A program made the position numbers and the translations under genes. The notes below the pieces were generated by a model. That model saw nothing but the letters and a program-made list of their open reading frames with translations. It was not told the DNA's origin and did not search any database. From the IMG/VR virus record IMGVR_UViG_3300038299_000184, positions 1 to 64,000 of that record: a DNA stretch of 64,000 bases, one strand, 5' to 3'. Shown here in pieces: positions 1 to 8,514 of this stretch (its first letter is position 1; each line of letters starts with the position of its first letter). The stretch is from a virus.

Positions 1-98
1 CATACAATTCAACTCATGTAAGATACCGAGAAGCACTGCATATAGATTCCATAAAATCGTGGTGTGTAGTATAGGTTGTAAGTCTTACAAAAATAAAT

Positions 99-172
99 TG
101 GTGGTTAACTTAATGGTAAAGTAGCGGGTTTTTACCCCGTAAATAGGGGTTCGACTCCCTTACCACCAACCA
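99..172 (+). tRNA. tRNA-Lys(TTT)
   Basis: Acceptor TGGTGGT/ACCACCA, anticodon arm GCGGG-TT-TTT-AC-CCCGT, T-loop GTTCGAC, encoded CCA. Confidence 0.93.
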
Positions 173-175
173 TAT

Positions 176-291
176 TGAAACATACGTCTCGGATCGAAAC
201 AGGAGAATACTAGTAAAATTCCTAAAGTAGTATGGTTAGAGCGGGAGGTTAAAGCCTTTGGTATATAGGTTCGAATCCTATTGTTTCAACC
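176..291 (+). ncRNA. tRNA-like RNA with ~40-nt insertion in the D arm and a 6-nt anticodon loop
   Basis: Acceptor TGAAACA/TGTTTCA, perfect T arm ATAGG-TTCGAAT-CCTAT, TGGTTAGAGC D-loop remnant, stem GGAGG/CCTTT around TTAAAG. Confidence 0.6.
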
Positions 292-550
292 TTTACATCG
301 CATCTATATAGATGCGCGAATTATAACGAGTCCTGCCATGCCTTCCTTAATAAAAATATGAAAGAACTAACACTACATAATTTAATTGACCCCAAGACTG
401 ATAAGCCAGTGGTGGTCGCTCCGAACGATGATGCTAATTTTAAAGTATCCAGAGAATGGGCAAGAGCATATGGGTTGGCGGTGGCTAAAATTATTAAGGG
501 CACTAGGTAGATTTATATTGACATTTTTCCGCATAATGTATATCATAGAT

Positions 551-793
551 ATGATGAATAAATATCAAACAATACTAAACAAGTGGATAGATGTAAGCAA
601 CAGAACTATCGAGCCAGATTATGCTGAACGGATGTCTAACCAAGAATCATTCGTTAGTCGTAAAATTACAACAGTTGAGGATTTTGAATCCTTCCTAAAG
701 GAGATTACCAATGACGGTACTAAAAACCTTTTAGTAGGGGGTGGTATTAGGGAATATCCTAATGATTCTTACGGTATTAGAATTATTATTTAA
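551..793 (+). CDS. hypothetical protein
   Basis: 3' part of ORF 386..793; ATG follows a TTGACA-N17-TATCAT promoter. Confidence 0.55.
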   Translation: MMNKYQTILNKWIDVSNRTIEPDYAERMSNQESFVSRKITTVEDFESFLKEITNDGTKNLLVGGGIREYPNDSYGIRIII

Positions 794-843
794 CTATTAC
801 AGTTTCCTGTTGACGTTTTCCTCATTCTGTGTAGATTACTGAC

Positions 844-1164
844 ATGGCAACAAACTACAAAGTAACTCAGACTAAAGTCAATTTACCAGACGGATCTTTC
901 GATAAGAGGATTTTTATTAACGGTGTTAAGATTGCAACACATAGTAAATTCCCAAGACTGTATGGTAAGAACTTTGATAAGACTAAGAAATTCCACGATT
1001 TCAACTGGTGTTCGCACGGACTTGATGAGGTGCTTGGTGATAAAGCACAAGCATTGGTAGATGCAACACCATACGAACACCACGATAACCTCACAGGTGT
1101 AACTGGGGAATTCTACACCATGAAAGAAATCAAAGCAGTACTTGAGTCTGGATATTACGATTAA
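844..1164 (+). CDS. hypothetical protein
   Basis: 106-aa ORF; ATG 6 nt after TTGACG-N16-TAGATT. Confidence 0.75.
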   Translation: MATNYKVTQTKVNLPDGSFDKRIFINGVKIATHSKFPRLYGKNFDKTKKFHDFNWCSHGLDEVLGDKAQALVDATPYEHHDNLTGVTGEFYTMKEIKAVLESGYYD

Positions 1165-1176
1165 CCAATTTAAACA

Positions 1177-1322
1177 ACTTGCCAGTTGGGGTGACGACCT
1201 ACCGTCTTTAACACTGGCTCTTTACCCTCTGAGTCAACTAGGAGGGTGACGGCAACCTTAGCTGTAGTATCTGTAACCACAACGAAATTAAGGTAAGTGG
1301 TGACTCCTAGGAGAGACTAGGG
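1177..1322 (+). ncRNA. putative multi-stem ncRNA A
   Basis: No ORF; stems ACTTGCC/GGTAAGT, GCCAGT/ACTGGC, ACCCTC/GAGGGT, CCTTA/TAAGG, terminal CCTAG-GAGAGA-CTAGG. Confidence 0.5.
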
Positions 1323-1501
1323 AAACAACCAACATGGTCTAGTGATGAGCGAAGAGACCCAGAGCAGGTATTCACACCCCAGTAGAACCACCCAGACTGT
1401 TTGTAACGACATGGGTGGTACATGAGGCAGGTGACAGTGTGAGGAAACTATAGATAGTCCCTAAAACCCTAGCGTTCTGAAAGTAGTCACAATGGTTGTT
1501 T
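1323..1501 (+). ncRNA. putative multi-stem ncRNA B
   Basis: Closed by AAACAACCA/TGGTTGTTT; inner stems GGTCT/AGACC, CAGAGC/GTTCTG, TCACAC/GTGTGA, ACCACCCA/TGGGTGGT. Confidence 0.5.
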
Positions 1502-1509
1502 TATTTTAT

Positions 1510-1594
1510 GCTGGTGTGGTGGAATGGGTATACACAAGATCTTTAAACGGTCTCGGCTTCGGTCATGCAGGTTCGACCCCTGTCATCAGTACCA
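1510..1594 (+). tRNA. tRNA-Leu(TAA)
   Basis: AGATC-TT-TAA-AC-GGTCT anticodon arm, long variable arm, GTTCGAC, CCA. Confidence 0.92.
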
Positions 1595-1650
1595 TTTTAA
1601 GTAAATTGAAATAATTTATGTTTAGGGTTCGATTTATACTAATTAAGTAT

Positions 1651-2364
1651 ATGAGAACTTACAGGGATTATACCGACGATGATGTTATAAATTATGCTAA
1701 AGACGTTAAAAGTATCGCAGGGTTGTTACGAGCTTTAGGTTTAAAGGTGGCGGGTGGTAATTATGATAGTATTAAACGACAACTACATCGCCTTAAAGTT
1801 GATACAGAGCATTGGACAGGGTCTGCATGGAGTAAGGACGAACAAACAAAAGATTGGTCTCAATATAAAAAATGTGTCCCTCTCAAGAAGATATTAATTA
1901 AGGAGAGGGGTTTGGTGTGTGAATCATGTAGTAACACCGAATGGATGGGTAAACCTATCCCTATAGAACTAGAACACATTGACGGGGATCGTACCAATAA
2001 TGCTAAAAATAATTTAAAGTTGTTATGTTGTAATTGCCATGCCCTTACACCCACTTGGCGTGGTAGGAAGTTGAAGGGTGTTAAGAATCCATCGATAACT
2101 AGAGTTGATAAAACATGTAAAGATTGTGGGCGAGGGGTATCGCGTAGATCTATAAGGTGTAGAGGTTGTAATTTAAAAACATATTCAACCACTAGAACAC
2201 TTAAATTCGATCCCACTTATGAAGAATTATATCATAAGGTCGTGGTTGAGCAACTACCCCTTACTAAAATTGGTATCATATTTGGAGTATCCGATAACAC
2301 CGTTAGGAAGAGGTGTAAGAAATTTGGGATAGATCCAAAACACGTAAAAATTAAGCTGACGTAA
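1651..2364 (+). CDS. HNH homing endonuclease with zinc ribbons and C-terminal HTH
   Basis: ELEHIDGDRTNN...LLCCNCH motif; GVSDNTVRKR HTH; lies between two tRNA genes; start chosen at TAATTA-N5-ATG. Confidence 0.88.
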   Translation: MRTYRDYTDDDVINYAKDVKSIAGLLRALGLKVAGGNYDSIKRQLHRLKVDTEHWTGSAWSKDEQTKDWSQYKKCVPLKKILIKERGLVCESCSNTEWMGKPIPIELEHIDGDRTNNAKNNLKLLCCNCHALTPTWRGRKLKGVKNPSITRVDKTCKDCGRGVSRRSIRCRGCNLKTYSTTRTLKFDPTYEELYHKVVVEQLPLTKIGIIFGVSDNTVRKRCKKFGIDPKHVKIKLT

Positions 2365-2430
2365 CTCAATTGGTAGAGTGCCATACTTGTAATATGGGAG
2401 TTGTGAGTTCGAATCTCACCGTTAGCTCCA
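2355..2430 (+). tRNA. tRNA-Thr(TGT)
   Basis: GCTGACG/CGTTAGC acceptor, CCATA-CT-TGT-AA-TATGG, CCA; overlaps the HNH stop codon. Confidence 0.93.
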
Positions 2431-2507
2431 TAATTCTATTAAGACACCACTAGTATTAGGATTCGTAATTTATTACGCGAATTAAAACAGACACCATAAT
2501 TAATCTT

Positions 2508-2921
2508 ATGACTAGGGAAGAATTATCTGAGAAAATTAAAGACCATCTTAAAAAGTGGATCGAGGGTGAAAAGGAATTCACTCTGGAATCTGAAGGTGAG
2601 AATAGAATCAACATCTCGTTTAAACTTAAGGATGGTACTAATGGCACCATCGATCTTACCACCACTTATCATTGGCTCAATTTCGAGTTCTTTATGGATG
2701 ACACCACCAATCCTGTAAATACTTTAGAATGGATCATGGAACCTGTAGACTATGAAGAGTTTAGAGTATTTGGGGAACTACTGCCTTATGTAGAGTTCAC
2801 AGCATGGGGTGAAGGTAAAGAGCTAGGTAAGATGGAAACCATCGATGATAAGCCATTGATGCAAGATGAGATGTTTAAAGAGTACCTTAAAGCATTCGAG
2901 TATGTTGATTCAATGTTCTAA
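2508..2921 (+). CDS. hypothetical protein (acidic)
   Basis: 137-aa ORF, TAATTA-N5-ATG start. Confidence 0.75.
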   Translation: MTREELSEKIKDHLKKWIEGEKEFTLESEGENRINISFKLKDGTNGTIDLTTTYHWLNFEFFMDDTTNPVNTLEWIMEPVDYEEFRVFGELLPYVEFTAWGEGKELGKMETIDDKPLMQDEMFKEYLKAFEYVDSMF

Positions 2922-2936
2922 ACCATAAATAAGTAT

Positions 2937-3326
2937 ATGGACTGGGAGAAAACTTTCGAGTCAGCTATCCTCAAGGGGCTGAACTCATACATGAAGACTA
3001 AGAATATAGAGCACGAAGTTCTAGAATCTGATAATGATCTTATTGTAAACATCTATAAAATGGAGAGTGGTGACATAAATATTGTTAATTCATATGGTGA
3101 TCTATTGGTGGAGTATGCTGACCCAGATGCCACACACAGACGTTCTATATTCTTCAACCCCTCCAAGGCTCGTCTGGGTGACTTCGATGTATTCGAGGAC
3201 ATCATACCAGTAGTTAGGATATCCTCATCAATACCTAGTAAAGGTGGCTGGACAAACGAACAGATAGATGTTGACGATTTTAATACCAGTATTCACAACT
3301 GGTTGGATCAATTGGGTCTTTATTAA
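2937..3326 (+). CDS. hypothetical protein
   Basis: 129-aa ORF, TAAATA-N5-ATG start. Confidence 0.75.
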   Translation: MDWEKTFESAILKGLNSYMKTKNIEHEVLESDNDLIVNIYKMESGDINIVNSYGDLLVEYADPDATHRRSIFFNPSKARLGDFDVFEDIIPVVRISSSIPSKGGWTNEQIDVDDFNTSIHNWLDQLGLY

Positions 3327-3332
3327 TTTGAC
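3297..3332 (+). repeat. 36-bp direct repeat, copy 1
   Basis: AACTGGTTGGATCAATTGGGTCTTTATTAATTTGAC; 34/36 identical to 4207-4242. Confidence 0.9.
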
Positions 3333-3363
3333 ACCACCCTGTGGTTTGTGTATCATTGCCCCA

Positions 3364-4200
3364 ATGAGTACATTCAATAAGAAGACAGGTTATAAGATGG
3401 CAACCCGAGAGGTAGGCTATCGTGGGACTAAGTTCTCGCCATACTGCTTCCAAAGACAACTCCGTGATAAAAAGGATGATGGTGTCACCGACACACTAGA
3501 GGAGATGAAAAACTGTGTAGTGAAGCAGATTACATTTAAAGAAGCTCAGAACTTCATCCTAGAATTCGAATGGTTAGGTACTATGGGTACCACAAAATTC
3601 AGCTACGGTGTCTTCACCAATGATAGACTGACCGCTGTGTATTGTTTCGGACTAACCGCTGGCACCGCTGCACTATCCCAAGTATTTGGCGAAGAGAATA
3701 AGAAACGGGGTCTAGTATTAGTACGTGGTGCTTGCGCTCCATGGGCATACAGAAACATGTCTAGCTTTGGTATGGGCAAGGTTTTACCAGCACTACATAA
3801 GGAACGTGACATCGATTATCTAATCGCATACTCCGACCCAGAGGCTGGTGAGATAGGTACAGTATACCAAGCAACCAATTGGAACTTCTATGGTATGACA
3901 GCCCCTGTGAACTATCTAGTTCGCCCAGACGGTAAGCGGTCAGACCCAAAACTGATTTCAAAGTATGCCAAGAAGAAAAACATTACATACGCAGAACAGA
4001 AGCAATTGTTCGTAGACGAAGGTTATACCTTCGAGAGGGGTTCTCCAAAACTTAAATACTTCAAGATCATTGGTAACAAAACCATTCGAAAAGAACTCAC
4101 CAAACAGTTGAAAGTTCCTGTATATAAGTACCTTAAACGTATGGACAACATGGAAGACTTATATGGTGTGTTCAAGGCGCAGATTAAAAATTCAAAATAG
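3364..4200 (+). CDS. Mom-like (GNAT-fold) DNA modification protein
   Basis: LIAYSDPEAGEIGTVYQATNW resembles the Mu Mom-family signature. Confidence 0.65.
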   Translation: MSTFNKKTGYKMATREVGYRGTKFSPYCFQRQLRDKKDDGVTDTLEEMKNCVVKQITFKEAQNFILEFEWLGTMGTTKFSYGVFTNDRLTAVYCFGLTAGTAALSQVFGEENKKRGLVLVRGACAPWAYRNMSSFGMGKVLPALHKERDIDYLIAYSDPEAGEIGTVYQATNWNFYGMTAPVNYLVRPDGKRSDPKLISKYAKKKNITYAEQKQLFVDEGYTFERGSPKLKYFKIIGNKTIRKELTKQLKVPVYKYLKRMDNMEDLYGVFKAQIKNSK

Positions 4201-4206
4201 ATTTGA

Positions 4207-4242
4207 AACTGGTTGGATCAATTAGGTCTTTATTAAGTTGAC
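4207..4242 (+). repeat. 36-bp direct repeat, copy 2
   Basis: AACTGGTTGGATCAATTAGGTCTTTATTAAGTTGAC. Confidence 0.9.
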
Positions 4243-4272
4243 CTAATACCATAAAAATGCATAAATGCACAT

Positions 4273-4641
4273 ATGAACAAATTCGATAAACTAGTACAAC
4301 AAATATTAAACGAGAACACTGACAATGGACTCACCCAGCAACAGCACAAGGCGGTGTCCAAGACTGGGGAACTTTTAGGTCTTGAGTTTGATGATGTACA
4401 GCTCGTCGATAATGGCGAAACTGGTTATGTCCTACACTTATTTAAAGACGGTGAAAAATCTGCGCGGTTTGAGTACGACAAGGTAGATAATGAATGGTTT
4501 GTAAGTCAAGCTGGTGGTAGTGAGTTAAAGGTTGGTAAGATATCCTTTAACGGTGAACTGATCGAGGGCACACGTTACATACCCAACCCAAGATCTGGTA
4601 GGAAGCCTGTAGTGGAAATCAAACCACCCCAGAGGTCTTAA
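4273..4641 (+). CDS. hypothetical protein, possible internal head protein
   Basis: N-terminus MNKFDKLVQQILNE resembles a T4-type capsid targeting leader. Confidence 0.6.
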   Translation: MNKFDKLVQQILNENTDNGLTQQQHKAVSKTGELLGLEFDDVQLVDNGETGYVLHLFKDGEKSARFEYDKVDNEWFVSQAGGSELKVGKISFNGELIEGTRYIPNPRSGRKPVVEIKPPQRS

Positions 4642-4677
4642 TATACAAATCTACACCTACTTAGTATAATTAATATT

Positions 4678-5286
4678 ATGAGTAAATTTGGTTATATAAT
4701 AGAGAAAATCAACAGTATGGTGTCAACAGATTCCCGAATCGATGACATAATGGCTTTAGATGGGCAGGATAGGTTGGACTTACTAGGTAAAACCGAATTT
4801 GCTATTATTACATCCGACAGGGCAGATGGTCACAATGCAGCCATTGGGCAGGAAATTAAGGTAGCTAGAGATGGAGGGTCTAAGGAAGAGATGGAGGCTG
4901 TATTGGCTAGAAACAAGGTCGAGGTAGATGAAGGTAATGCTGCTATGAGGCCAAGTCTTGAAGACCGATTAAAATCCAGTGGGTTCAGTTATATGAAGGT
5001 AGTGGGTAAATTCCCCGAAGATATTACTGGTGTTAGTACGACTGAGGTATCATTTCTAGTATTACTAGACGAAGATAATATACAAGGTGGTATTGATACA
5101 TTAAATAAAATTGCACAAGGTTATAAGCAAGACTCTATTTTAGTGGGTAGTGGTACACAGACACCACGCTACAGTTTTGTTTCAGAAACCAAAATTGACC
5201 CTCTGGGTAGTACATTAGTGCCAGCAACATCTAGTGATGCTTACTCCACAATGTTCAAAGATGGGCAGTACTTCACAGTGTCTTAA
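4678..5286 (+). CDS. hypothetical phage protein
   Basis: 202-aa ORF, TAATTA-N5-ATG start. Confidence 0.75.
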   Translation: MSKFGYIIEKINSMVSTDSRIDDIMALDGQDRLDLLGKTEFAIITSDRADGHNAAIGQEIKVARDGGSKEEMEAVLARNKVEVDEGNAAMRPSLEDRLKSSGFSYMKVVGKFPEDITGVSTTEVSFLVLLDEDNIQGGIDTLNKIAQGYKQDSILVGSGTQTPRYSFVSETKIDPLGSTLVPATSSDAYSTMFKDGQYFTVS

Positions 5287-5341
5287 AAAAATATATCACA
5301 AAAAGCTTTGACACATTGCCACTATTTTGTATGGTCACCAC

Positions 5342-5923
5342 ATGACACAAACACTATACACCACGGACGACCTAAAAGCAGTAGTAGCAACTCTTAATAA
5401 GAAGGGTGCTGCATATAAGGAACAACCTAAGATCCGACTAATCAAAAGAATTCTAAAATCTTGGGGTAGGAGTATCGGACATAGTTTAAAGTTGGTTAAT
5501 GGTACCGCTAATACAATTTCTGGTAAGGTACAGGTTGAGCTAACCATCAACGGGGAATGCAACCGAAGCGATCTAGCATCCATCACCCTTGAGTGGGTTA
5601 AACGAATTCGCGGCTTCAGATTGGATAACCACCCACCAAAGGTTAATACTCGTCATGCTGCGATTACAGCCCAGAGACAGGCCGATCAATTATTTAACGA
5701 GGAGAAATCTAAGTTCGTTACCGTTGTGTTGGAAGCACTAGGTGGTAGTAATGCCACGACAATTGCAGTAGTAGAGTCCATTAAATTTGGACTAGATACT
5801 AATACGACTCTTGCAATCATCGTTGCAAAAAATCGACATAATCAATTGAGGTTACAATTGAAAACTACTCTTGAAGGTTTGAAGCAGGATTGGCATTCGG
5901 ATAATAAATTAAACAATAACTAA
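5342..5923 (+). CDS. hypothetical protein
   Basis: ORF after TTGACA...TATGGT; flanked by the AAAATATATCACAAAAAGCTT repeat. Confidence 0.7.
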   Translation: MTQTLYTTDDLKAVVATLNKKGAAYKEQPKIRLIKRILKSWGRSIGHSLKLVNGTANTISGKVQVELTINGECNRSDLASITLEWVKRIRGFRLDNHPPKVNTRHAAITAQRQADQLFNEEKSKFVTVVLEALGGSNATTIAVVESIKFGLDTNTTLAIIVAKNRHNQLRLQLKTTLEGLKQDWHSDNKLNNN

Positions 5924-5940
5924 AATATATCACAAAAAGC

Positions 5941-5968
5941 TTGCAAACTGGCATTAGGTTTGTATAAT
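5941..5968 (+). promoter_or_regulatory. sigma70-type promoter of tRNA operon 1
   Basis: TTGCAA-N16-TATAAT with A-rich UP element; near-identical to 14065-14092. Confidence 0.8.
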
Positions 5969-5991
5969 TAAAAACATCAGACAATAACACT

Positions 5992-6084
5992 ATGAACTCC
6001 TTTATCAACATTTCACATTCATCTTTCTCAATCTCGGATTGGGCGGTATGTGTGAGTGCGGATACTAAGAGGTCGTGGTTTTAA
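5992..6084 (+). CDS. attenuator leader peptide 1 (MNSFINISHSSFSISDWAVCVSADTKRSWF)
   Basis: 30 codons read directly; 8 Ser, 2 Trp, 1 Cys; lies between promoter and terminator upstream of tRNA-Trp/Ser/Ser/Cys. Confidence 0.8.
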   Translation: MNSFINISHSSFSISDWAVCVSADTKRSWF

Positions 6085-6117
6085 AATTTGAATAACAGAT
6101 AATTAAAATAAGCTACG

Positions 6118-6148
6118 ACCCAATTGGATAACTCCAGTTGGGTTTTTT
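6118..6148 (+). terminator. attenuator terminator 1
   Basis: ACCCAATTGGA-TAAC-TCCAGTTGGGT plus T run; competes with the 6071-6080/6111-6120 helix. Confidence 0.85.
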
Positions 6149-6244
6149 GTTTATAGGGTTTTTGAGGAGGTTACACCCGAAGTAATCGAACGTCCATAAT
6201 GATGGCTTACCTTTAGGGTAAAAGAGAAACACAAACAAACAAAC

Positions 6245-6318
6245 AGGAGTATCGTATAAAGGTTATTACAGTGGTTTCCAAAACCATTTATCTAGATTCA
6301 AGTTCTAGTGCTCCTGCC
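6245..6318 (+). tRNA. tRNA-Trp(CCA)
   Basis: AGGAGTA/TGCTCCT acceptor, GTGGT-TT-CCA-AA-ACCAT. Confidence 0.88.
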
Positions 6319-6323
6319 TTATT

Positions 6324-6408
6324 GGAAGATTCCGTCTACGGTGACAAAGTGGTTTTGAACGCCATGGGTACTGAAAGGTACGGGGTTCGAGTCCTCAATT
6401 TTCCGCCA
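6324..6408 (+). tRNA. tRNA-Ser(TGA)
   Basis: GTGGT-TT-TGA-AC-GCCAT, long variable arm, G73, CCA. Confidence 0.9.
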
Positions 6409-6414
6409 TTTAAC

Positions 6415-6501
6415 GGGGTGTTGGCTGAGTGGTTTAAGGTACCGCATTGGAAATGCGGCAGGGTCTAAACGCCCTCACTGGTTCAAATCCAGTACACCCT
6501 T
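6415..6501 (+). tRNA. tRNA-Ser(GGA)
   Basis: CCGCA-TT-GGA-AA-TGCGG, long variable arm, GTTCAAATCC. Confidence 0.9.
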
Positions 6502-6509
6502 CATAACAA

Positions 6510-6582
6510 GATGCCGTGGTAGAGCGGTAATACATGGGTTTGCAAAACCCTCAACACTGGTTCGAGTCCAGTCGGCATCTCC
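6510..6582 (+). tRNA. tRNA-Cys(GCA)
   Basis: GATGCCG/CGGCATC acceptor, U73, loop TT-GCA-AA. Confidence 0.9.
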
Positions 6583-6852
6583 TTATTCAACCACAATAGT
6601 CAGATCACCTTGATCATGAGAGATTGTCTTAACGGCAACCCCTTCAATGATAACTTGTGGTAATAGAAGATCTGGAATATCTTCTGTGTTGTTGTTAGAT
6701 CTAGTCTTAGCAACTTCCAATTCCTTTTCGGTGAACAGTAGACTAACTACTTCACCGTTTTCATAAACATGAACATGAACGTATTCTGCTGTAGCCGAGT
6801 TATATCTTTTGGTATTCTCAACACGCAGTAGACTCCCTAGTTTAGATTTCAT
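6583..6852 (-). CDS. hypothetical protein antisense within the tRNA cluster
   Basis: 89-aa ORF with TAATTA-N5-ATG on the minus strand. Confidence 0.7.
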   Translation of the reverse strand: MKSKLGSLLRVENTKRYNSATAEYVHVHVYENGEVVSLLFTEKELEVAKTRSNNNTEDIPDLLLPQVIIEGVAVKTISHDQGDLTIVVE

Positions 6853-6874
6853 GTTATTAATTAGTCAATTAAAT

Positions 6875-6951
6875 GCAAGATTAGCTCAGTCGGTAGAGCT
6901 GGGGGTTTACATCCCCTGTAAGCATAGGTTCAAGCCCTATATCTTGTACCA
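6875..6951 (+). tRNA. tRNA-Val(TAC)
   Basis: GCAAGAT/ATCTTGT, GGGGG-TT-TAC-AT-CCCCT, CCA. Confidence 0.9.
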
Positions 6952-7024
6952 TAGTTCGCTACCAGTGGTAGATGGATGTATAAAGGGCTTCCCGTTGTCC
7001 CAGCATAGCAAAACAACGGTATAT

Positions 7025-7108
7025 GGGGTGCATGGCAACATGGGTGTTGCATTTCCTTTGCAAGGAAGCATTCAAGTTAAAAGAGTTCGATTCTCTTGTG
7101 CTCCACCA
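7025..7108 (+). tRNA. tRNA-Ala(TGC), enlarged variable region
   Basis: G3:U70 acceptor pair, loop TT-TGC-AA, CCA. Confidence 0.85.
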
Positions 7109-7274
7109 TATGATAGAAGAAAATGAAGTAGAAGAAATAGAAATGTTCCCAGAGCACCAGTTCCCCGATTTTAGGGAGGCTGATTATGATCAGTGGGCTG
7201 CGGAATTTAAACACCACCTTGAAGATTTATTAGAATAGTTATTTACAATATCTGCATTTTTGTTATACACATTC

Positions 7275-7559
7275 ATGGTAAGAATTTTTACGACAATCAC
7301 TAATGACTCATTACAGGTAACAGTAACAGACTCATTGAAGAATACTGAAGAGATCCACACTATCAAAGATGTTGAATCTTATAGGAATTTTATCAAGGTA
7401 ATCGAGAGCGGTAAAGTTCCTTGGTTTGATAGGAATACACGAATTTCTAATTCGTCATCAATTAACTGGGCATCTAGTGAAACAGATAACCAGTTCGTGA
7501 TTGATATTGTCGATTATATTTTCCACGATGGAGAACGACCAAAAACTTTAAAGGGTTAG
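7275..7559 (+). CDS. hypothetical protein
   Basis: ORF track. Confidence 0.6.
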   Translation: MVRIFTTITNDSLQVTVTDSLKNTEEIHTIKDVESYRNFIKVIESGKVPWFDRNTRISNSSSINWASSETDNQFVIDIVDYIFHDGERPKTLKG

Positions 7560-7575
7560 CAACATAATTAGTTAT

Positions 7576-8193
7576 ATGTCTTTTAAGGATTTTTATAGTG
7601 AGTTTGTAATCGAGAGTTACGAAGGTGAGCAAACCTCCGTACACCCAGTCATCAAGGTTGGTGTGGGTCATGAAGATTATATGAAGTGGGCATTTAAGAT
7701 CGATAATAGGTTCGAAGATAATGCAGCCACTATCCATATGAAGAATGTTAGTATGGTACTGAACCATAATGCTATTGATAAAACTATCAGAAACACTGAT
7801 ATGAGTAAAACAAGAGCTGGTTCCAAACAACCCATCATCCTTCTTAAAGGTGAAATTGTTGCAGTAGATTTTGATGAGTCGGAGTTGCGTTTAAAACTCC
7901 AAGAGAGTTCATGGGAACCTGTTACATATAACCCCCACAAGAACCCCGAAGTGGTTTTGTCTAATACATTACCTAGCTGGTGGTGTACAGAGCCTAGGCT
8001 GGGTGATAATAGAGGTAAACCCGATTTCATCAAGAATCGCCTAGATGCTATGGTTGAGTATGGTGAACACCCCGATCAACCAACACAAGTCACACATAAA
8101 GATGGAAGTGGTAGATCAATATTCACAGCTAGGGAGGTACTACTAAAGCAGCACAGAGTGTGTAATGAAGATTATATGTGGATGTTGAAATAA
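7576..8193 (+). CDS. hypothetical protein, possible internal head protein
   Basis: MSFKDFYSEFVIES leader resembles the T4 CTS; TAATTA-N5-ATG. Confidence 0.65.
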   Translation: MSFKDFYSEFVIESYEGEQTSVHPVIKVGVGHEDYMKWAFKIDNRFEDNAATIHMKNVSMVLNHNAIDKTIRNTDMSKTRAGSKQPIILLKGEIVAVDFDESELRLKLQESSWEPVTYNPHKNPEVVLSNTLPSWWCTEPRLGDNRGKPDFIKNRLDAMVEYGEHPDQPTQVTHKDGSGRSIFTAREVLLKQHRVCNEDYMWMLK

Positions 8194-8231
8194 GATGTTG
8201 ACACACCACGGTGGTGATGTATAACCACCAC

Positions 8232-8498
8232 ATGAGAGCAATCATTTACGACAACCAAGTTTATAAGTCCGAACAATCTGGCACTGTAGTACTAGCCAAG
8301 GATAGACTATATGAGAGTGGTACGTTTGGTGCCATCGCCCTAAGTGGGGATGATGAGGGTAAATATCTTGAGGGTTGGTTCAGTGGTGATTTCACACCTA
8401 TTACTGACACCGACGAGGAAAGTCATTATGTAGAATGGGCACGGGAAAACAATTTCAGTGAGTACTCAACTCGTGACCCTAAACTCGGAAACAAATAA
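8232..8498 (+). CDS. hypothetical protein
   Basis: ATG 6 nt after TTGACA-N16-TATAAC. Confidence 0.65.
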   Translation: MRAIIYDNQVYKSEQSGTVVLAKDRLYESGTFGAIALSGDDEGKYLEGWFSGDFTPITDTDEESHYVEWARENNFSEYSTRDPKLGNK

Positions 8499-8514
8499 AC
8501 AAACACAACTTGTT

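Noticed and set aside
299-316. Perfect palindrome CGCATCTATATAGATGCG
   Set aside because: A single short hairpin with no U tract or further context.
5970-6150. T-box riboswitch explanation for the tRNA leaders
   Set aside because: No T-box consensus (TGGNACC bulge) or specifier stem is seen. An intact codon-biased uORF explains the layout better.
6271-7238. ORFs 6271..6468, 6809..7126 and the 5' part of 7023..7238
   Set aside because: They run through tRNA genes and are shadow ORFs.
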